Source: Podarcis tiliguerta (Eukaryota). From it: DNA of 64,000 nucleotides. Location: assembly GCA_965153285.1 (NCBI GenBank), contig OZ229116.1; one strand, given 5' to 3'. Made by a program: the position numbers and the translations under genes. This document shows, in pieces, positions 31,190 through 44,900 of the stretch (position 1 is the first letter of the stretch; each line of letters begins with the position of its first letter). The notes below the pieces were generated by a model that searched no databases, was not told the DNA's origin, and saw nothing but the letters and a program-made list of their open reading frames with translations.

Positions 31190-32457
31190 TGGGCAGTGCT
31201 CCCTCTCTAGGGTGCTCTTCGCACATGGGACCAGCACCCTGAACTCACAAACTTGGTGAGAAACATTTTTGCAGGGTACTGATCATGTGGAAGGACCCTA
31301 TGTGGAAGGAGCCTTCAAGATGCATAGTCCTTTGTGCATAAATTCACATTATTTTTGGAGGGGAGCCCTCGGAGGTGGGACCAGGAAGCACAATCTTCTT
31401 ACTTCCTTCATGCATTGCGTTATCCACAGATCAGTCATTTGTGCAGGGCTAATCATAAGCATGTATTCAGTTGAAACTGCAGTGTTCATTGCTGCAAACT
31501 TAAGAAACAATACGAACAAGAGATTGGAGTGGGCATAAAGGAACTTGGCTAGAATTGTGCAGTCAGTTCTTACAATGGCTATGAAGATGTCTGCTGCTGT
31601 GCATGGTTGTTATCCTTTATTCATTCTGCAGAGCTGTTTCCCCTACCTACAACTACTCTTGTGACACATTCATTCCTCCCCTTGGTTTCTATCATTACAA
31701 AACTGATTTGAAGAGTAACATTACTTTTAGTTGTTTCAGAAAAGAAACCATTAATCCAAATATTATAAAATGCAAACTTGATTATCCCTTTTAAAAATAA
31801 TAAAAATACAGAGTTCAAATGGGCCATTGTGGCTCCAGGAATAATTGTGTTAAACATCATTAGTGTGGCAAATTGCTATCACCTAGGATGTGTCTAATAG
31901 TCTAATTAAAATTTCTGTGATGCATTCATTCTGTGAAAATAACATTACCTTCATCTGTGCATGCAGAATGACTCAATCATTCAAATAACTAATAATAACA
32001 GGGCACTGTCTTATTTCTTTCAATAATAATGAAGTGGCTCATTTATCACCACTTTTGCTTTGTTTAAGAAGATCCGTTCATTTGTTGAAAGCAGTTGTCA
32101 AACCTAAAATGATATTCTTCTGAAACTGTGGCTTTATTAGGTTAGATAATGAAATGCTAAGGCATGCATATGTGACATTTAAAAATGTGTGTGTGTTGCA
32201 GCCTGTATATTGAAACCAAAATGCAATACAAAAGAACTGTTGAGCTCTGGCAGATTCCAACAATAAAATTAAGTTGCATTTCTCTTGTTTTCAGGGCAGC
32301 AAGGAAATGGACTCAGGCTGTAGAAGCATTTCCACCATTGAAAGCATTGTGAGATCAGATAAATAGGTGAATAAGTCCTTTATTCCAATATCATTAGACT
32401 TTCAGAGAATAAAAATAGTGTAGTATATTTAGCTAAGGTAATATATAAAAGCAATAT

Positions 32458-33422
32458 TGTTGTTGTTGTTTAGTTGTGTCTGACTCTTCGTGACCCCATG
32501 GACCAGAGCACGCCTGTCTTCCAGTGCCTCTCACAGTTTGGTCAAACTCATGCTGGTAGCTTCGAGAACACTGTCTAACCATCTCATCCTCTGTCGTCCT
32601 CTTCTCCTTGTGCCCTCAATCTTTCCCAACATCAGGGTCTTTTCCATGGAGTCTTCTCTTCTCATGAGGTGACCAAAGTATTGGAGCCTCAGCTTCACGA
32701 TCTGTCCTTCCAGTGAGCACTCAGGGCTGATTTCCTTAAGAATGGAGAGGTTTGATCTTCTTGCAATCCATGGGACTCTCAAGAGTCTCCTCCAACACCA
32801 TAATTCAAAAGCATCAATTCTTCGGTGGTCAGCCTTCTTTATGGTCTAGCTCTTATTTCCATACATCACTACTGGGAGTAGTAGATATGATGGTCATCCG
32901 AACTGAATTCGCCCATTCCCATCCATTTTAGTTCACTGATGCCCAGGATGTCAATATTTATTTTTGCCATCTCATTTTTGACCACATCCAACTTACCAAG
33001 GTTCATGGTTCTTACATTCCAGGTTCCTATGCAATATTTTTCTTTACAGCATTGGACTTTCCTTTCGCTTCCAGGCATATCCGCAACTGAGCGACCTTTC
33101 GGTTTTGGCCCAGCCGCTTCATCAGCTCTGAATCTACTTGTACTTGTCCTCCGCTCTTCCTCAGTAGCATGTTGGACGCCTTCTGACCTGAGGGGCTCAT
33201 CTTCCAGCGTCATAACTTTTATATGCCTGTTGTCTTTGTCCATGGAGTTTTCTTGGCAGGAATACTGGAGTGGCTTGCTGGTTCCTGCTCCAGGTGGATC
33301 ACGTTTGGATCACTCTCCACTATGACCTGTCCATCTTGGGTGGCCCTGCATGGCATAGCTTATAGCTTCTCTGAGTTATTCAAGCCCCTTTGCCACAGCA
33401 AGACAGTGATCCATGAACGGGG
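32458..33422 (-). mobile_element. Internally deleted RTE/BovB LINE (5' end + endonuclease start fused to ORF C-terminus + 3' tail)
   Basis: IGTWNVRTMNLGKLDVVKNEM..ILGISELKW (APE N-terminus) and WCWRRLLRVPWIARRSN..LRLQYFGHLMRR..GRQRMRWLD (RTE C-terminus); (CAA)n tail; 10-bp TSD AAAGCAATAT (32448-32457 / 33423-33432). Confidence 0.9.
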
Positions 33423-35699
33423 AAAGCAATATATCTATAGTCAATAAGTCATTCTGATGATCTAGTGACATGTCAGCTGAGGAGAAAGTTTTAGTGCTTT
33501 AGTTAATGCAAATGAGTGAAATTTGTGGATTTGTGTATCCTGTCCTCAAATTGTATTTCTGTTTTCCTGCTTTGGGGATGGTACTAAGATTTCATGGTTC
33601 ATGAGATCTTTATTGCAGAGATTAATATTGCACAGCTTGAAGTAATAGGATGAATAAAAAAACCTGACTCCTCTTGGAATAAAAATTGTCCAGACCCAAA
33701 ATATGGTTTAAAAGCTTTCCTAACAGAACTTGTTCCAAAAACAGTTACAGAAAACAAATAATGATACAACCAAATGGCTGTATAATATAATGTTCATGTC
33801 CAGCAAAGATTCAACTTCTTATAAAAAGGAAATTACTCCAAACAGACCTAAAATCAGAAGTCTGTCTCTCTCCACACAGACTCCTTTAACCTGGAGCTGT
33901 TTTCTCTCCAGGGTAGAGAAAAGACCAACTCCCCAAGATGGCAATTTGTAACTGAATAGCTTTCTCAGGAGGACACAGCAGGAGCAGGTAGGTGGCAGCA
34001 GCAGCAGCAGCAGCACCACAGGCCAGCACTTCCTGTTACACCTCAAGCGGCAAAACAGGACATGCCACCCCTGCCTGCAACCTTATGGGTTGATGCAGGT
34101 GTCAAGCAGGTTTAGGGCTATTTCTGTCATGGTCTCCCATCCTATGCAATGCCCTGCCAGTGAGGCTCCTTCATTCTATTCTTCCATATACTGTGTGCAG
34201 ACATGGCTTTTAACCAGGTCTTTGGCTGATTAAATAAAAGCTTGCGCTAGTGTAGGTTGTGTTTATTTTAATGACTGCTGGATTTTCTAATTTGTTTTTG
34301 TGTGTGCGTGTGTTGAGTTTCGTTTAAAATGTTGCTTGTTTTATAATCTATTATTATTTAATCTGCTAGCTGCCTCAAGTTTCCTTGGTGCGGAGGAAGA
34401 TAATAATCACAAAAGAGAACCTGATGTTCATGTGGGTCACTGAATGGGAAAATGGGTAATGTTAATCATCTTTTAGTAAGCGATGTTTTCTTTGCCTAGG
34501 CAGTTTCTAGAAATTATACGTCAGCATATTTGGAGGGGGCTTATCTCATTGTTTCAGAAGACCATACTTTGGGAGATGTGGAAAGAACATTGTGATGAAT
34601 GATCTTATTACCAAAGTTGTGCTGAGAAGGTTTACGTAGTAGTAGTTCAAATCCCCTCCGTGGCAAGACGTTATAGTTCATATTTGCTGCGTCTGGGACT
34701 TTCTAGAGCACTAATTTCTTTATTGGGTTTAGGAAAGAGATAAATCAATTTTCTTTCAGTCGGGAGCTTCCTTGTCTCCATAATGTGGACTAGCCACCTT
34801 GGCAGTTCACTTTTTTATAGTACCCAGTTTGCAACTCCTTCCTTTCACTTTGCTTTTCAACAGCAACATTGTTATCAATGTAAATCACCCCACCCCCTTC
34901 ACTGAGGGGCCAAATCAGGTGTGGCTACTAGTGATGAAGTTGGTGGCACTGGATATGTCCACAGTTGGACGTTCATCGTGTGTTTGGTTTTGCTAATTAT
35001 ATTAGCTGAAGCAGAGCAGGCTGCAGACAAGGGAAGTCCTTTGGAAGAAGGTGTTCAACTCTCCCTTCCATTCCTTTTCTCTAATGTAAAACCATCTCCA
35101 CAAAGCTGCAACAAGCTCTTCAAGGAGGCTGGCAGAGAGGAACATGAGGAGTATCTGCATCTGTCTCTCCTCCACCTGCTACGATGGATCTAAATGTAGC
35201 TTAGGATGGGGAGTTACTTTGGAGAAAAAGCATGGGAGGAAGGAGTTTAAAATTCCATTCCAAAGTACTACATCCTGGCCTTCAAGGTAGCCTCATGGAA
35301 CAGCAAATGAGCAAAACAAAAATAACTAGCCACAGTGTCTAACTAGAGGAGAAGATCTGATCCTGTAGCTATTTGCTGTGGGAAGGGTTTTGGGGTTTAT
35401 CAGCCCCCTACCGCCATGTTATTCTTCCAATCAAAGCTGTTGCTCAGAAGCACCTATTGCCTGTTGGAGGAAACCTAACACATACTGTGAGGCAAACAGC
35501 AGTTTTGGTGTGAAAATTTCCATTGGGAAAATGGCTCTTACAGTGCTGGGGTCCTGATTTGCCTTACCCGCCTGCCATGCCTACTTTTTTGCTAACAAGA
35601 TGAACATTCCAGTCGCAAGTCTCTTTTGCCCTTTGAGGTGCTGGTCTGTTTCAGTGGGCTACCTTGATCTTGTGCTGTTTCAGACATAGAATCATGGCA

Positions 35700-35945
35700 A
35701 GTGGTCTACCCATGCACTTGGTCCACAACCTCCAGCTGTTACAAAATGCTAAAGCTGGACTGTTGATGGACACAGACTATTGCCAGCACATAGCCCCAGT
35801 GCTTAAAATCTTGCACTGGCTGCCCGCGTGTTACTGAGGTTCAAGGTTGGATTAATTTTCAAGGCTCTTAACATCTTGTGTCCAGGATAACTTAAGAACC
35901 ACGTGGCCCCTCATATTCAAGCTCAACCACTGAGATCTCTGGGGG
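35700..35945 (+). mobile_element. Old decayed L2-clade LINE ORF2 fragment
   Basis: Degenerate LQLLQNA..HIAPVLKILHWLP..FKAL motif of L2 ORF2. Confidence 0.6.
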
Positions 35946-36841
35946 ATATATCACTCAGGTGTGCTAATGATTAAGGAATATACATATGCATGCATGCATG
36001 AATGGATTCATGTGGTTTTATAGAAGCTGAAGCCATGTCAATGGGCTGTTTTGTCATCAGAAAGTTTCAGGAGGCTCCTGATTCCATAAACTAACACAGT
36101 TTTCATTCTGTAGGGCATGTCTCCTCTGCCTGAAGCAGCCTTCAGCTTTTCCCTGACATCTCACCACCCCTCTGTAGAATGCTCCATATTAATTCCCCCC
36201 CCCCAAGCATGTCAATGAATCTTAGAAAATGGTATTTGAAGCAGAATTGAAAATTGCTTTAAACTGATTAATATCCTTGCCTGGTACTTCATCTGTAGTT
36301 TGAATAAACTGATAGAGCTTATAGTTTGTGCCTCTTAGCTTGCTATTTCTTAGTTGCACAGCATCATGTCTTTTCTTAATTTGTCATGCAGAATGACAGA
36401 CATTTTCATTTGGGGGTACCTTAATGAGAGGAAGATTAACACCTAAAACCAAGCAAAAAAAAAACAAGCACACCTGCAAATCAACATTTCATTCCACAAC
36501 CTTATTAAGATAGAATATTAGGATGCAAGGGCTATGCTTCAGCTTTATTGACTTTAGTAAGTCCCAAATGGGGTCTTTTCCAAATGGCTGAGCTCAACTG
36601 GGTTGCAGATTCATATCGGAAATAACAGCAAACAAGCATATGTCTAATTAATTAAAATGAAGCAATATGCAAGGAGAATGTGTTTAAATGGCAATTATTC
36701 ATGCTGACTTGATCCAAATAGTTAAAAAACAAGTCCTTGAAAGGTTTGCAAACAATTAGTGATAAAAATATTTAAAAAACCAAGACTAATAAACAATAAA
36801 CTGAATAGGGAGATTTCAAGGTACAAAGTTTGCTTTGCGGG

Positions 36842-37592
36842 TGTCAGGGGTTCAGGAGCAGAGGCACAGGATAAGGAGGAAATGGAGAGTGAAGGGGAGG
36901 AGTCCGAAGGAAATGTCAGCGATGACAGCGATCCGAGGTCTTTGAGTCTTTCCAGTGAATCGGACGATTCACAGAAAGGAGCTCCCATGGTCAGGGCAAG
37001 GGGAGTGCCCAGGGGAACACCTCGGGAAGAAGGGGGCAGAGGGGACTCAGAGAGTAGCAGTTGGAAATCCGGGCCCACGTCCCCCCCAGAGTGCAGTAGG
37101 GGGGAGGAGTCCCAGGCATCGGGATCAGGTGGCGCGCTGCCAGCGGGAGAACATGAGGCAGGATTGACCACACCTCCGTCGGGGAGTGAGGAAACGGTCA
37201 TCAGGAAAGTTAAACGCGCGCGCGCGCCAAGTTCAAATGTACAGGAGGGAGGCACAGTTGGCAGCCCGGGAAGAGAGCCAGGTCCTAAAGCCCGCCGAAG
37301 AGAGCGGGAGGAGTCAGGGGGGTCATCGTCAGCCTCAGAAGAATCCAGGGAGACAGGGGCCCCGGAGGGCAGCAGGACCCAGAGGAGAAAGAAGAGGTGG
37401 AGTAAAGCTAGAGTCTTAAACTGGTGTACAGGGGGCGGAGACTCAGATGGAGCTTCGCCGGTCTAAAGCCTAGACGTAGAGCTGGAGCGCTGCGGAGTGG
37501 AAATGGAAACTGTACTTCAATAAAGACTTTTGTACATAAATACCAGCCAGCGTTGGTCCTCTGTGAGCTGGGACCAGGAGCCAGCCCTGACA
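36842..37592 (+). mobile_element. Young solo LTR (751 bp; probably Gypsy-type) containing a long open reading frame
   Basis: TGTCAGGG...CCCTGACA inverted termini; 5-bp TSD GCGGG/GTGGG (one CpG transition); AATAAA at 37519-37524; CpG-rich against a CpG-poor background. Confidence 0.8.
36882..37466 (+). CDS. Hypothetical 194-aa LTR-encoded protein (acidic N-terminus, SP-rich middle, basic RRKKR C-terminus)
   Basis: Internal ATG of ORF 36759..37466; frame is open from the first LTR codon; no known domain recognised. Confidence 0.35.
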   Translation: MESEGEESEGNVSDDSDPRSLSLSSESDDSQKGAPMVRARGVPRGTPREEGGRGDSESSSWKSGPTSPPECSRGEESQASGSGGALPAGEHEAGLTTPPSGSEETVIRKVKRARAPSSNVQEGGTVGSPGREPGPKARRREREESGGSSSASEESRETGAPEGSRTQRRKKRWSKARVLNWCTGGGDSDGASPV

Positions 37593-38449
37593 GTGGGTTT
37601 TTATTATCTATGTAAAAACCTCACTGAAGAAATTGCAGATCTTCAACACCACCCGAAGACTGAGAAAATGGCTGAGTGTGGAAAGATGCTTTGGGATCAG
37701 TCAGCATCACACAGATTATTTCAGTCCAAGACTCCCAAGGTTGTTAACAATGTAAAGCAAGACCATATACAGGATGCTAACAACAAAAACAATAGAATAA
37801 AAGCTTTACAAAATATAGCAGAGACCTAAAAGAACAGAAAGGGAAGAGCTAATTGGATGACCAAACAAACAAACAAAAAAGGATTCATGAGCCCATTCAA
37901 TTGTCCAGGGCTGGCTCTGTTGGGAATCTGAGGTGACATACCCACATAGTGGACGTTGTCCCCAGTTCCAGTCACAACACAGAGGCAGCTTCAGTCCAAA
38001 ATAGCTTACTGCAGCAGAAGATAAGGCTTCAGTAATACAGTTTCAGATGCTGATATATACATACAGCTTGTAGGCTTTGCAGATATAGGCATCCAGTTAT
38101 AAAACATTTATGTTGCTCCAGCAGTTCAAGATGTAACACAGACTCCAACTCATGGACAGCACACACTGACTGACTAATGAGCTGACATTGGGAGTGCCAG
38201 CTTGGCCCCACAACCGTAGGTGCCATGCAGCATGCATAGCCCTGGCTCTGAAATTTGTGGGTGCCTGGCCCCTTTATGGAGAATTTTGTGGGTGCTCAGG
38301 CACCCAGGGTCCGAGGGGATTGGCACCTATGACTGACATGCCTTAATCACTTATATAGACAACACTGGGCCATTGCCACAGCAACTTGCTTTGCTGACCT
38401 TGCACCTGTTGACAGAGGTGGAGCTGGCTGCTCCGGCACCTGGAGTGAT

Positions 38450-38955
38450 GCACATGCTGTGCACCCAGGGGGCGGGGCCATGTGGGAAGGGTGAGCATCC
38501 CAGGGGGGTGCTGCGCATGGCAAGTGTCCCGGGGGTGCCACTGCAAGCATCCCAGGGGGCAAGATGCCCATGTGGGTGGAGTGAGCCGCCCATGGCGGGC
38601 TGCTTCCTGGGCGGGGGGGGGGGGGGGGCGGGCCGCGCTGATTTGCCAGCAGCCTTCCTCTCTTCTCTCTTCCTTTGGACAGCTCGGGAGAGGCTTGCCC
38701 CCCCCCCAACAGCCCAGGAGCAGGGGGCAACGGTGTGCTGCCCACCCTCAACTCCCAAGCCTCCCCCGAGCTGTCAAAACAAAGGAGGAAGGGGGGAAGG
38801 CCATCGGCAAGGCAGCACAGCTCCATCCCTCCCCTCGACGGCTCGGGGTAGGCTTGGGAGTCGTGGGTGGGTGGTGCACTGAATGTCACCCCCCTCAGTG
38901 ATGACACTTGGGGTGAACCACCCCCACTGCACCGCCCCCCTTCCTCTGCCCCTGC
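38450..38955. mobile_element. GC-rich non-autonomous DNA-transposon-like insertion (left boundary uncertain)
   Basis: Sharp GC/CpG island in AT-rich DNA ending in ..ccttcctctgcccctg, a hAT-like CAGGGGC terminus. Confidence 0.4.
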
Positions 38956-41900
38956 CTATTGACTTATCTCATACATGGGTGATTTGTCCCCATGAAAGAA
39001 GTTAACCCTTTCCTCCATGTCCAGTTCTTCCAACGGCTCTACCATTAGGTAAAGAGAGCTGGCTATTTCCAGTGTCAGATGTTTGTGGGTGAAGAGTGCC
39101 AATGAGACAATGAAGAAGGATACAATGGTGTATACAATGCACAGCCAACCCTTCATCTCTTCACCATCCAGCTACCCTTAACACCCTCATAGGTGGAGGG
39201 GGAGAAAATAATATGCCAGTACCAGAGTTGGTGTTTTTCCTCTTATCCAGGGACATGTTGGGGAATCTTCCCTTTCCCAGAATGCTCCCTTTTGCCCTCT
39301 CCACTGCTGGAGTACCAACTTCAGGGGCGATGATAGCAGTCCTTTCTGCCACAGCTAGGAGGGATCTTCCAAAGGTGGACCTCCTTCCCCAGGAGTGGAA
39401 TATTCTCTCCATCCATAGAGAGGGAGAACCACCAAAACCCTCTGGTTCACAGAATACCCTCCCAGTCAGGATGGCAAGATTTTCAGCTCAGCAGTGTAAG
39501 AAAAAACGAAAGTGTATATAATGGGGTGAACCAAGAAACTGCGAGAAAAAGAGGAGACAAAAGGAACCATGGAAGGAGAGGATGGGAAGTCGGTGGAGGA
39601 ATGCTTTCTGGTTTTCTTTTTCTATATTCTAAAACTTATTTCTTTTCTATTTCAGAGGGCTTTTTGTGCCCTTTGCATTATTTCCATTCATATCTTTGAC
39701 ATGGAAATGTACCAGAAGCACAAATAAAAATAAATATTAAGAACACCCTCTCAATCATAGAAAAGCACTGTGGCTGCAGTGCCACAATCTATTCTTTGCA
39801 ACTCTGAGCTTAAAGTACTGACAGATGATTAGCAGTTAAAGAAAATGTAATCTGCACGAAAGCAGTGACATTCTGTGGTATTCATCAGGAAAAAGGATTA
39901 CCGCATCAGATAACAGTAGACAGACTTTCTGATGGAACATAACTGAGATTTTGTTTTGGTGTTTCAGGAGCATGTGAACTTTTAGCTTTGGAATATAACA
40001 GGCTTTCAAATCATGTTTAGACCTGTGCCCTTGTAATATGCAATAATCGTATGTCTATGACTGACTCACTCACTTAACAAAAGCTTAGAAACCTTATCTT
40101 TGCATATAAAAATGTACAGGAGTGAGAGCCAATGTGCTGCAGAGAAGAAATATAACAGCAGTATGTTGACAATAAAGCTTTGGGAATAATAGCCATTCGA
40201 AGTAAAGATTTGATAGCTGTATACATAATAAGGTTGAGGGGTGGGGCTGCGCTGATTCTGCCTGGAAAATACTAGGTAATTAATCAATCAATCCTTTATT
40301 TTATAGCTAAGTGGAGTCTTTCCAACAGTAAAGGCTGATTCCTATTTTCTGTGGAATGGACTTCCAGATAAGATGGTGTTTGCAGGAAGCCTTCACTTTC
40401 AGTGACTGATCAGCATATAGGGGGTGAGACAACTTTTTCAGTTATCTTGGTGCCACCTCGAGCTTAGTTTGGTAGCAAATTGACAGCCACTGCCCAGTGT
40501 GTATGGAGGTCATCTTTAGCTTAGATACAATCCACAGACTTTAGGTTACAAATAAAACCAGTTGCAGCAATAGAAATTCAAAATCCCAGTACCTGAGCAG
40601 TTTATTTCTTTTATTTAACTGCGTATAAAGGGAATTTAAGCAAAGATGTTGTCGGACCCCAGTGCTCTTCCCAATGAAAGAGCATTATGTTTTCTCAGTG
40701 AAGGTGAAGAACCATCAACAACACTAATTGTTGCATTTCTAGATAACACAACAATCTCTGACCCTAATTTTAGCAAAACCTCACCACAAGAGAGTTGAAA
40801 GGAAGAAAGCCTTCATAAATTGAAATTATCAATTTAAGCTAATAGTTGTCATGACATTCCCTGAGCTAATGAAGATAACTCAGCAATGCCCAAAGGAACT
40901 GCTCACCGCCCTGCCCCGCCCCTTGCAGCAACAATAGAAGACCTATCCTGTTCAAAGAAGCAGGATAAGGAGGATCTGCTTAGCTCCTGACTGTATTTTC
41001 CTTGGTAGCAATTTAATTTAAAGTGCAATGCAATTTTGTTGAACACCCCCATCCATGTAAGAACTGTAAAACAACAGACCAGAAAATGGCAGAAAAATGC
41101 CAGCAGAAACAACCCCCCCCCAAAGCCTTTCAAAAGCCATTTCGATCCAACTGGTGCCAAGGATGAACCAACCAAAAACAGTTCTTCTATTTCTGAAGAG
41201 GTTAGAAATCACTCTGAGAAGACTTTCATATCCTTTCCCAAAGCATGTGGTAAAAGGTAGAAAGGAACAGAACAGGCACATTTAATGGGATGTAGAAGAA
41301 AATGTTGACCATGCACATCATGCCCATGTTTTTTCTTGATGCTCCTTTGTGCACAACTCTCTCTGACACTTTCCTTTAACCACAGATCAGGTACACAAAG
41401 CAGGAAGTAAGTCCCCACAGAACCATTTCTGGGTGTATACACATGATTTCCTAGCTTGGTGACCTTGGTTCCTCTTGGTCAAAAATGGTAGTGGAACTAA
41501 GGAGCACAACTTTCCCCCCATTCACACTGTAAACCTATGTGAAGTTTCTTCAATTCCTGCACCAAAGCATCTCCACTGGAATTCTTTCATGAAGAAGCTT
41601 CTCTGAAACACATCATTTTAAACATGGTTGCCAAGTAAGAGAAAGAAAAAACTATTCCTGCCTAGTAGTGTAAGCTTGATCCCTAGGCAACAAGCATAAA
41701 GAATTATCTCTTGGATACCAGTGTTTCTGAATCAATAGCTGGACTGGAGTTCAGCAGGCCTGATTAAATCACTCTAGAAAAGTAGCAAGGATGACTGGAT
41801 AAATGAGCTTTTAATCAGGAAACCATTGCCCTTTCAGTGGAAGAAAGTCCTAACAGCAGAAGTCAAATTTTCTCTTTGTGGTGAGAACAGATAATAACAT

Positions 41901-44900
41901 CATTTTCTTTGCCCACAAACCCCCATCTCTGTTCTTTCTCTACTGGTAATTTAGTTATCACCACAACGGCCATCAGTAACTTCACAATTAGGGCTCTTCC
42001 TTCAGGCACTTACATTTGAAAGCCCACACAGAGGATTTCATTTGAGCTGGGGTTTCTGGGACTTAGCCCCAAAGTATAACAAAGAAGAAAGTAAAAATAA
42101 TGTGAATCTGGAGATGGCTTTTTCATCTGAATGTGGTTTGTGGGCCCAGCATATAGCCTGGAGGAACCAACACGAGACTCTCAAGAATCCTCAGCAAGAC
42201 TGACCCAAGACATTTTGTTGCCTGTGCTTAAGGACAAGATAGTAACCTCCATACCCAACTAGCCATACTGGACTAGCAGTTGATCATTCTTCAATGTGAG
42301 ACAGTGTCCTCCATTGCTCCCAAGGCCAGCAGGCTACTTATAAGGGTGCAAGACAGGGTTAGGATCCTCCAAGAAGGAAGCTCAGGAGCACCAGTCAAGG
42401 GAGGGGCCTTGCCCAGCTTTCCCTCAGCACTTGCCACCTGAGCATTCACAATGTCAGGAGTGCTGTGGAGCCAAGTGGGACGGGGCAGTGAGAGCAAGAT
42501 CTGGAGGACGAGTTTGGAGGTGGGGAGAGGCCAAGTGGTAAGTTGGCAGAGGTTTCTGCCTCTTTTCAGAAGGGATAGGGGAGCAGTTAGAGACAGCCTT
42601 CACTCCATCTTTTGAGAATGAAGTTCCTATGGTAGCCAAGGACACAACTGCCCAATTGACAGCGCCAGTTGAGTCAGAGGCGGAAAGACAGTTGAAGTGA
42701 GTAAGTCAGGTCCTGTTGCCATCAGACCTGGCCCACCTGCAGGACTGCGTGCTTGCAAGTACAGTCTTTAGGCTTGGGTTAACTGTGCAAATGACTGGCC
42801 CTGCCACACTCTTCAAAAGTCAAATGAATCTTAGAGCTTAGCCATGAATCTTAGAGCTCTGCTTATAGACTGATGAATCATGTGTCCTGTACTTTGAACT
42901 TATGCTGAGGGGAAAAAAATAACACATGAATTGTGTGTCTCTACAGGGATGGAGGATCCAGGGTGCATTTGGTGGAATTTTATTTCCTCAACTTCATAGT
43001 TAGATGCTCAACATTCACCATCAATGCCTTCGTTTTTATTGGTATGTTACCATTTCTTTCTTCTGTTATGTTTTGTTTGCTTCCTTTGTATATGGAATGA
43101 TGTAACACAATCTTACTGCACTTTTGGGTTGTTAGCAAAGGTCATTGTGTGTGTGTGTGTGTATGCTGAGACAGTGTGCACTCATTTCTTGAATAAAGCT
43201 TCCAGGTTTCCTCAAGCTGAGAGTCTGAGGGTGGGAGCCAGGACATCCTATCACTGCCACTAAGCTACCTGCCCTACGATCACAGCTGAATTTCTCAGCC
43301 AGGTTGTGGTTATGCTGAGAAAAGTTCTGGGCTACTATGGCACATGTGTAGACTAGCACTACCATGTTAATGATGCTACTTCTTAGATACTACTGATTCT
43401 AGCCTCACCCCAATGTTTGAAAGCTTGGGTATTGGGCCGGAGTCATTAGAACTGCCTTGTTGGCCAGTACATGTGTGATAATAATAATATTTTTTATTTA
43501 TTTAGTGTGCAGACTAGGAGCTCTGCTCGCAATTGCTGCTGGGTAGCCCCATTCCCTGGAATTTGGGGGTAATTTGTTCTGTGGCAGACTCTGCCCAGGT
43601 GCCAAAATCTGCTACAAAAATCGAGGTTTTCTGAAACCCTGGTCTTCTCCACTGATGCTAGTGGACATTGAGCCCACATTCTCTGGGTCACATGCATCCC
43701 AAATCCCTGTCTGTGACCTCTAATTATGTGCACCAACAAGGCCATGCATGATTATCTAAAGCTATGGACCGCTGTGAACCATAAAAAGCTTCTCTCTTGG
43801 CTGATTGTCATAGGAGGCACTGATGAAAGTTCGAGCTTTTCTGCTATTGCTAACAGCAGCCTTTCACGGTTTCCATGGAAGCAGATGTGGCAGTGAAAAG
43901 TTTTAAGTGACAGGCATGTTTCAGACCTTGACCTTTTTCATTTCTACAGAAAGGGCAGTAGAGAAGCTGGCAAAAGCAGAAGAGTTACATCTATGCTAAT
44001 GCCAGTTATCAGTCAAGAGAGCTCTGGACTTTACTGTAAATGGCATTTTTACAAAAAAAAAAAAAAAAAAAGGTTTGGCAGGATCAGGTCTAACAAACAT
44101 GTAGGCTGTTGCAGTGTACAGAAAAAAAAATCAACCGTGGGGGGGGGGCAGGGATCTTTGTATATTATTTTCTTATTTTAGTGAGAACAACCATCAGGAA
44201 AGAGAATTTTTAAATTATTGGCCACTCAGTCATGTTAAAGATAGGCAGGTGATGGAACTTGAATTTTGCAGTGAATTTTAGGTCATTTATGTTTACTGGC
44301 TTCTCCAGTAGATGGAGTGGACATGATTTCCAGAAAGCCAGGGCACTTATTTCTAGGGATATTGCTATTCTAGAAATCAGAGTGGCCACCTGCACAAATA
44401 GCATGTGTGCTCCAAGAACACCACAGGGTCCCGAAGCAATTACATGTGGGTTGCTATGGTGCTGAGTGACCCATGGTGTTGAGACTGGGCTGAAGACACT
44501 AAAGGTTCGGTTTCTTGTTGTCAAATGAGCTTCGCCAACTTGAGGAACAACCATTGGTGTCCCTGCAGATGGTGTCAATCATCAAGCTGGGATATAAGGG
44601 TTCAGAAAGCCCTTGAGGTACCCTTCCCTAAGCTGTTTGAGGGCTTTGTAAATTAATACATGGACCTTGAACCTGGATTGGTAGTAGAGCAATTACATCA
44701 CAAACATGTGCATTGATAATGCGCATAATGTGTAAAATCAGGCTGGTTTCCGGGTGTGTTATAAAGTGTTGGTTAAAAAAAGATTTTACAAAATCTCTCA
44801 CAGGAGGGCTGAAAGCATAGAGCCAAGAATATAGTCCTACTGTTAACACTATTGTCCTGTTCCTGGGAGATTAAGGTAATTTTCTATACAAGTGCTAGCA

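Noticed and set aside
38215-38331. Short inverted termini cgtaggtgcca/tggcacctatg
   Set aside because: Possibly a hAT MITE relic, but no TSD and the TIR is too short to call
38343-38907. Cluster of overlapping 135-186 aa ORFs on both strands
   Set aside because: Explained by very high GC content of a probable TE insertion; no domain, splice context or consistent frame
38956-39521. ORFs of 66-102 aa that look slightly protein-like
   Set aside because: No recognisable motif or exon structure; possibly decayed TE
42295-42915. Purine-rich block resembling another decayed solo LTR
   Set aside because: Could not define TG..CA termini, TSD or poly(A) signal with confidence
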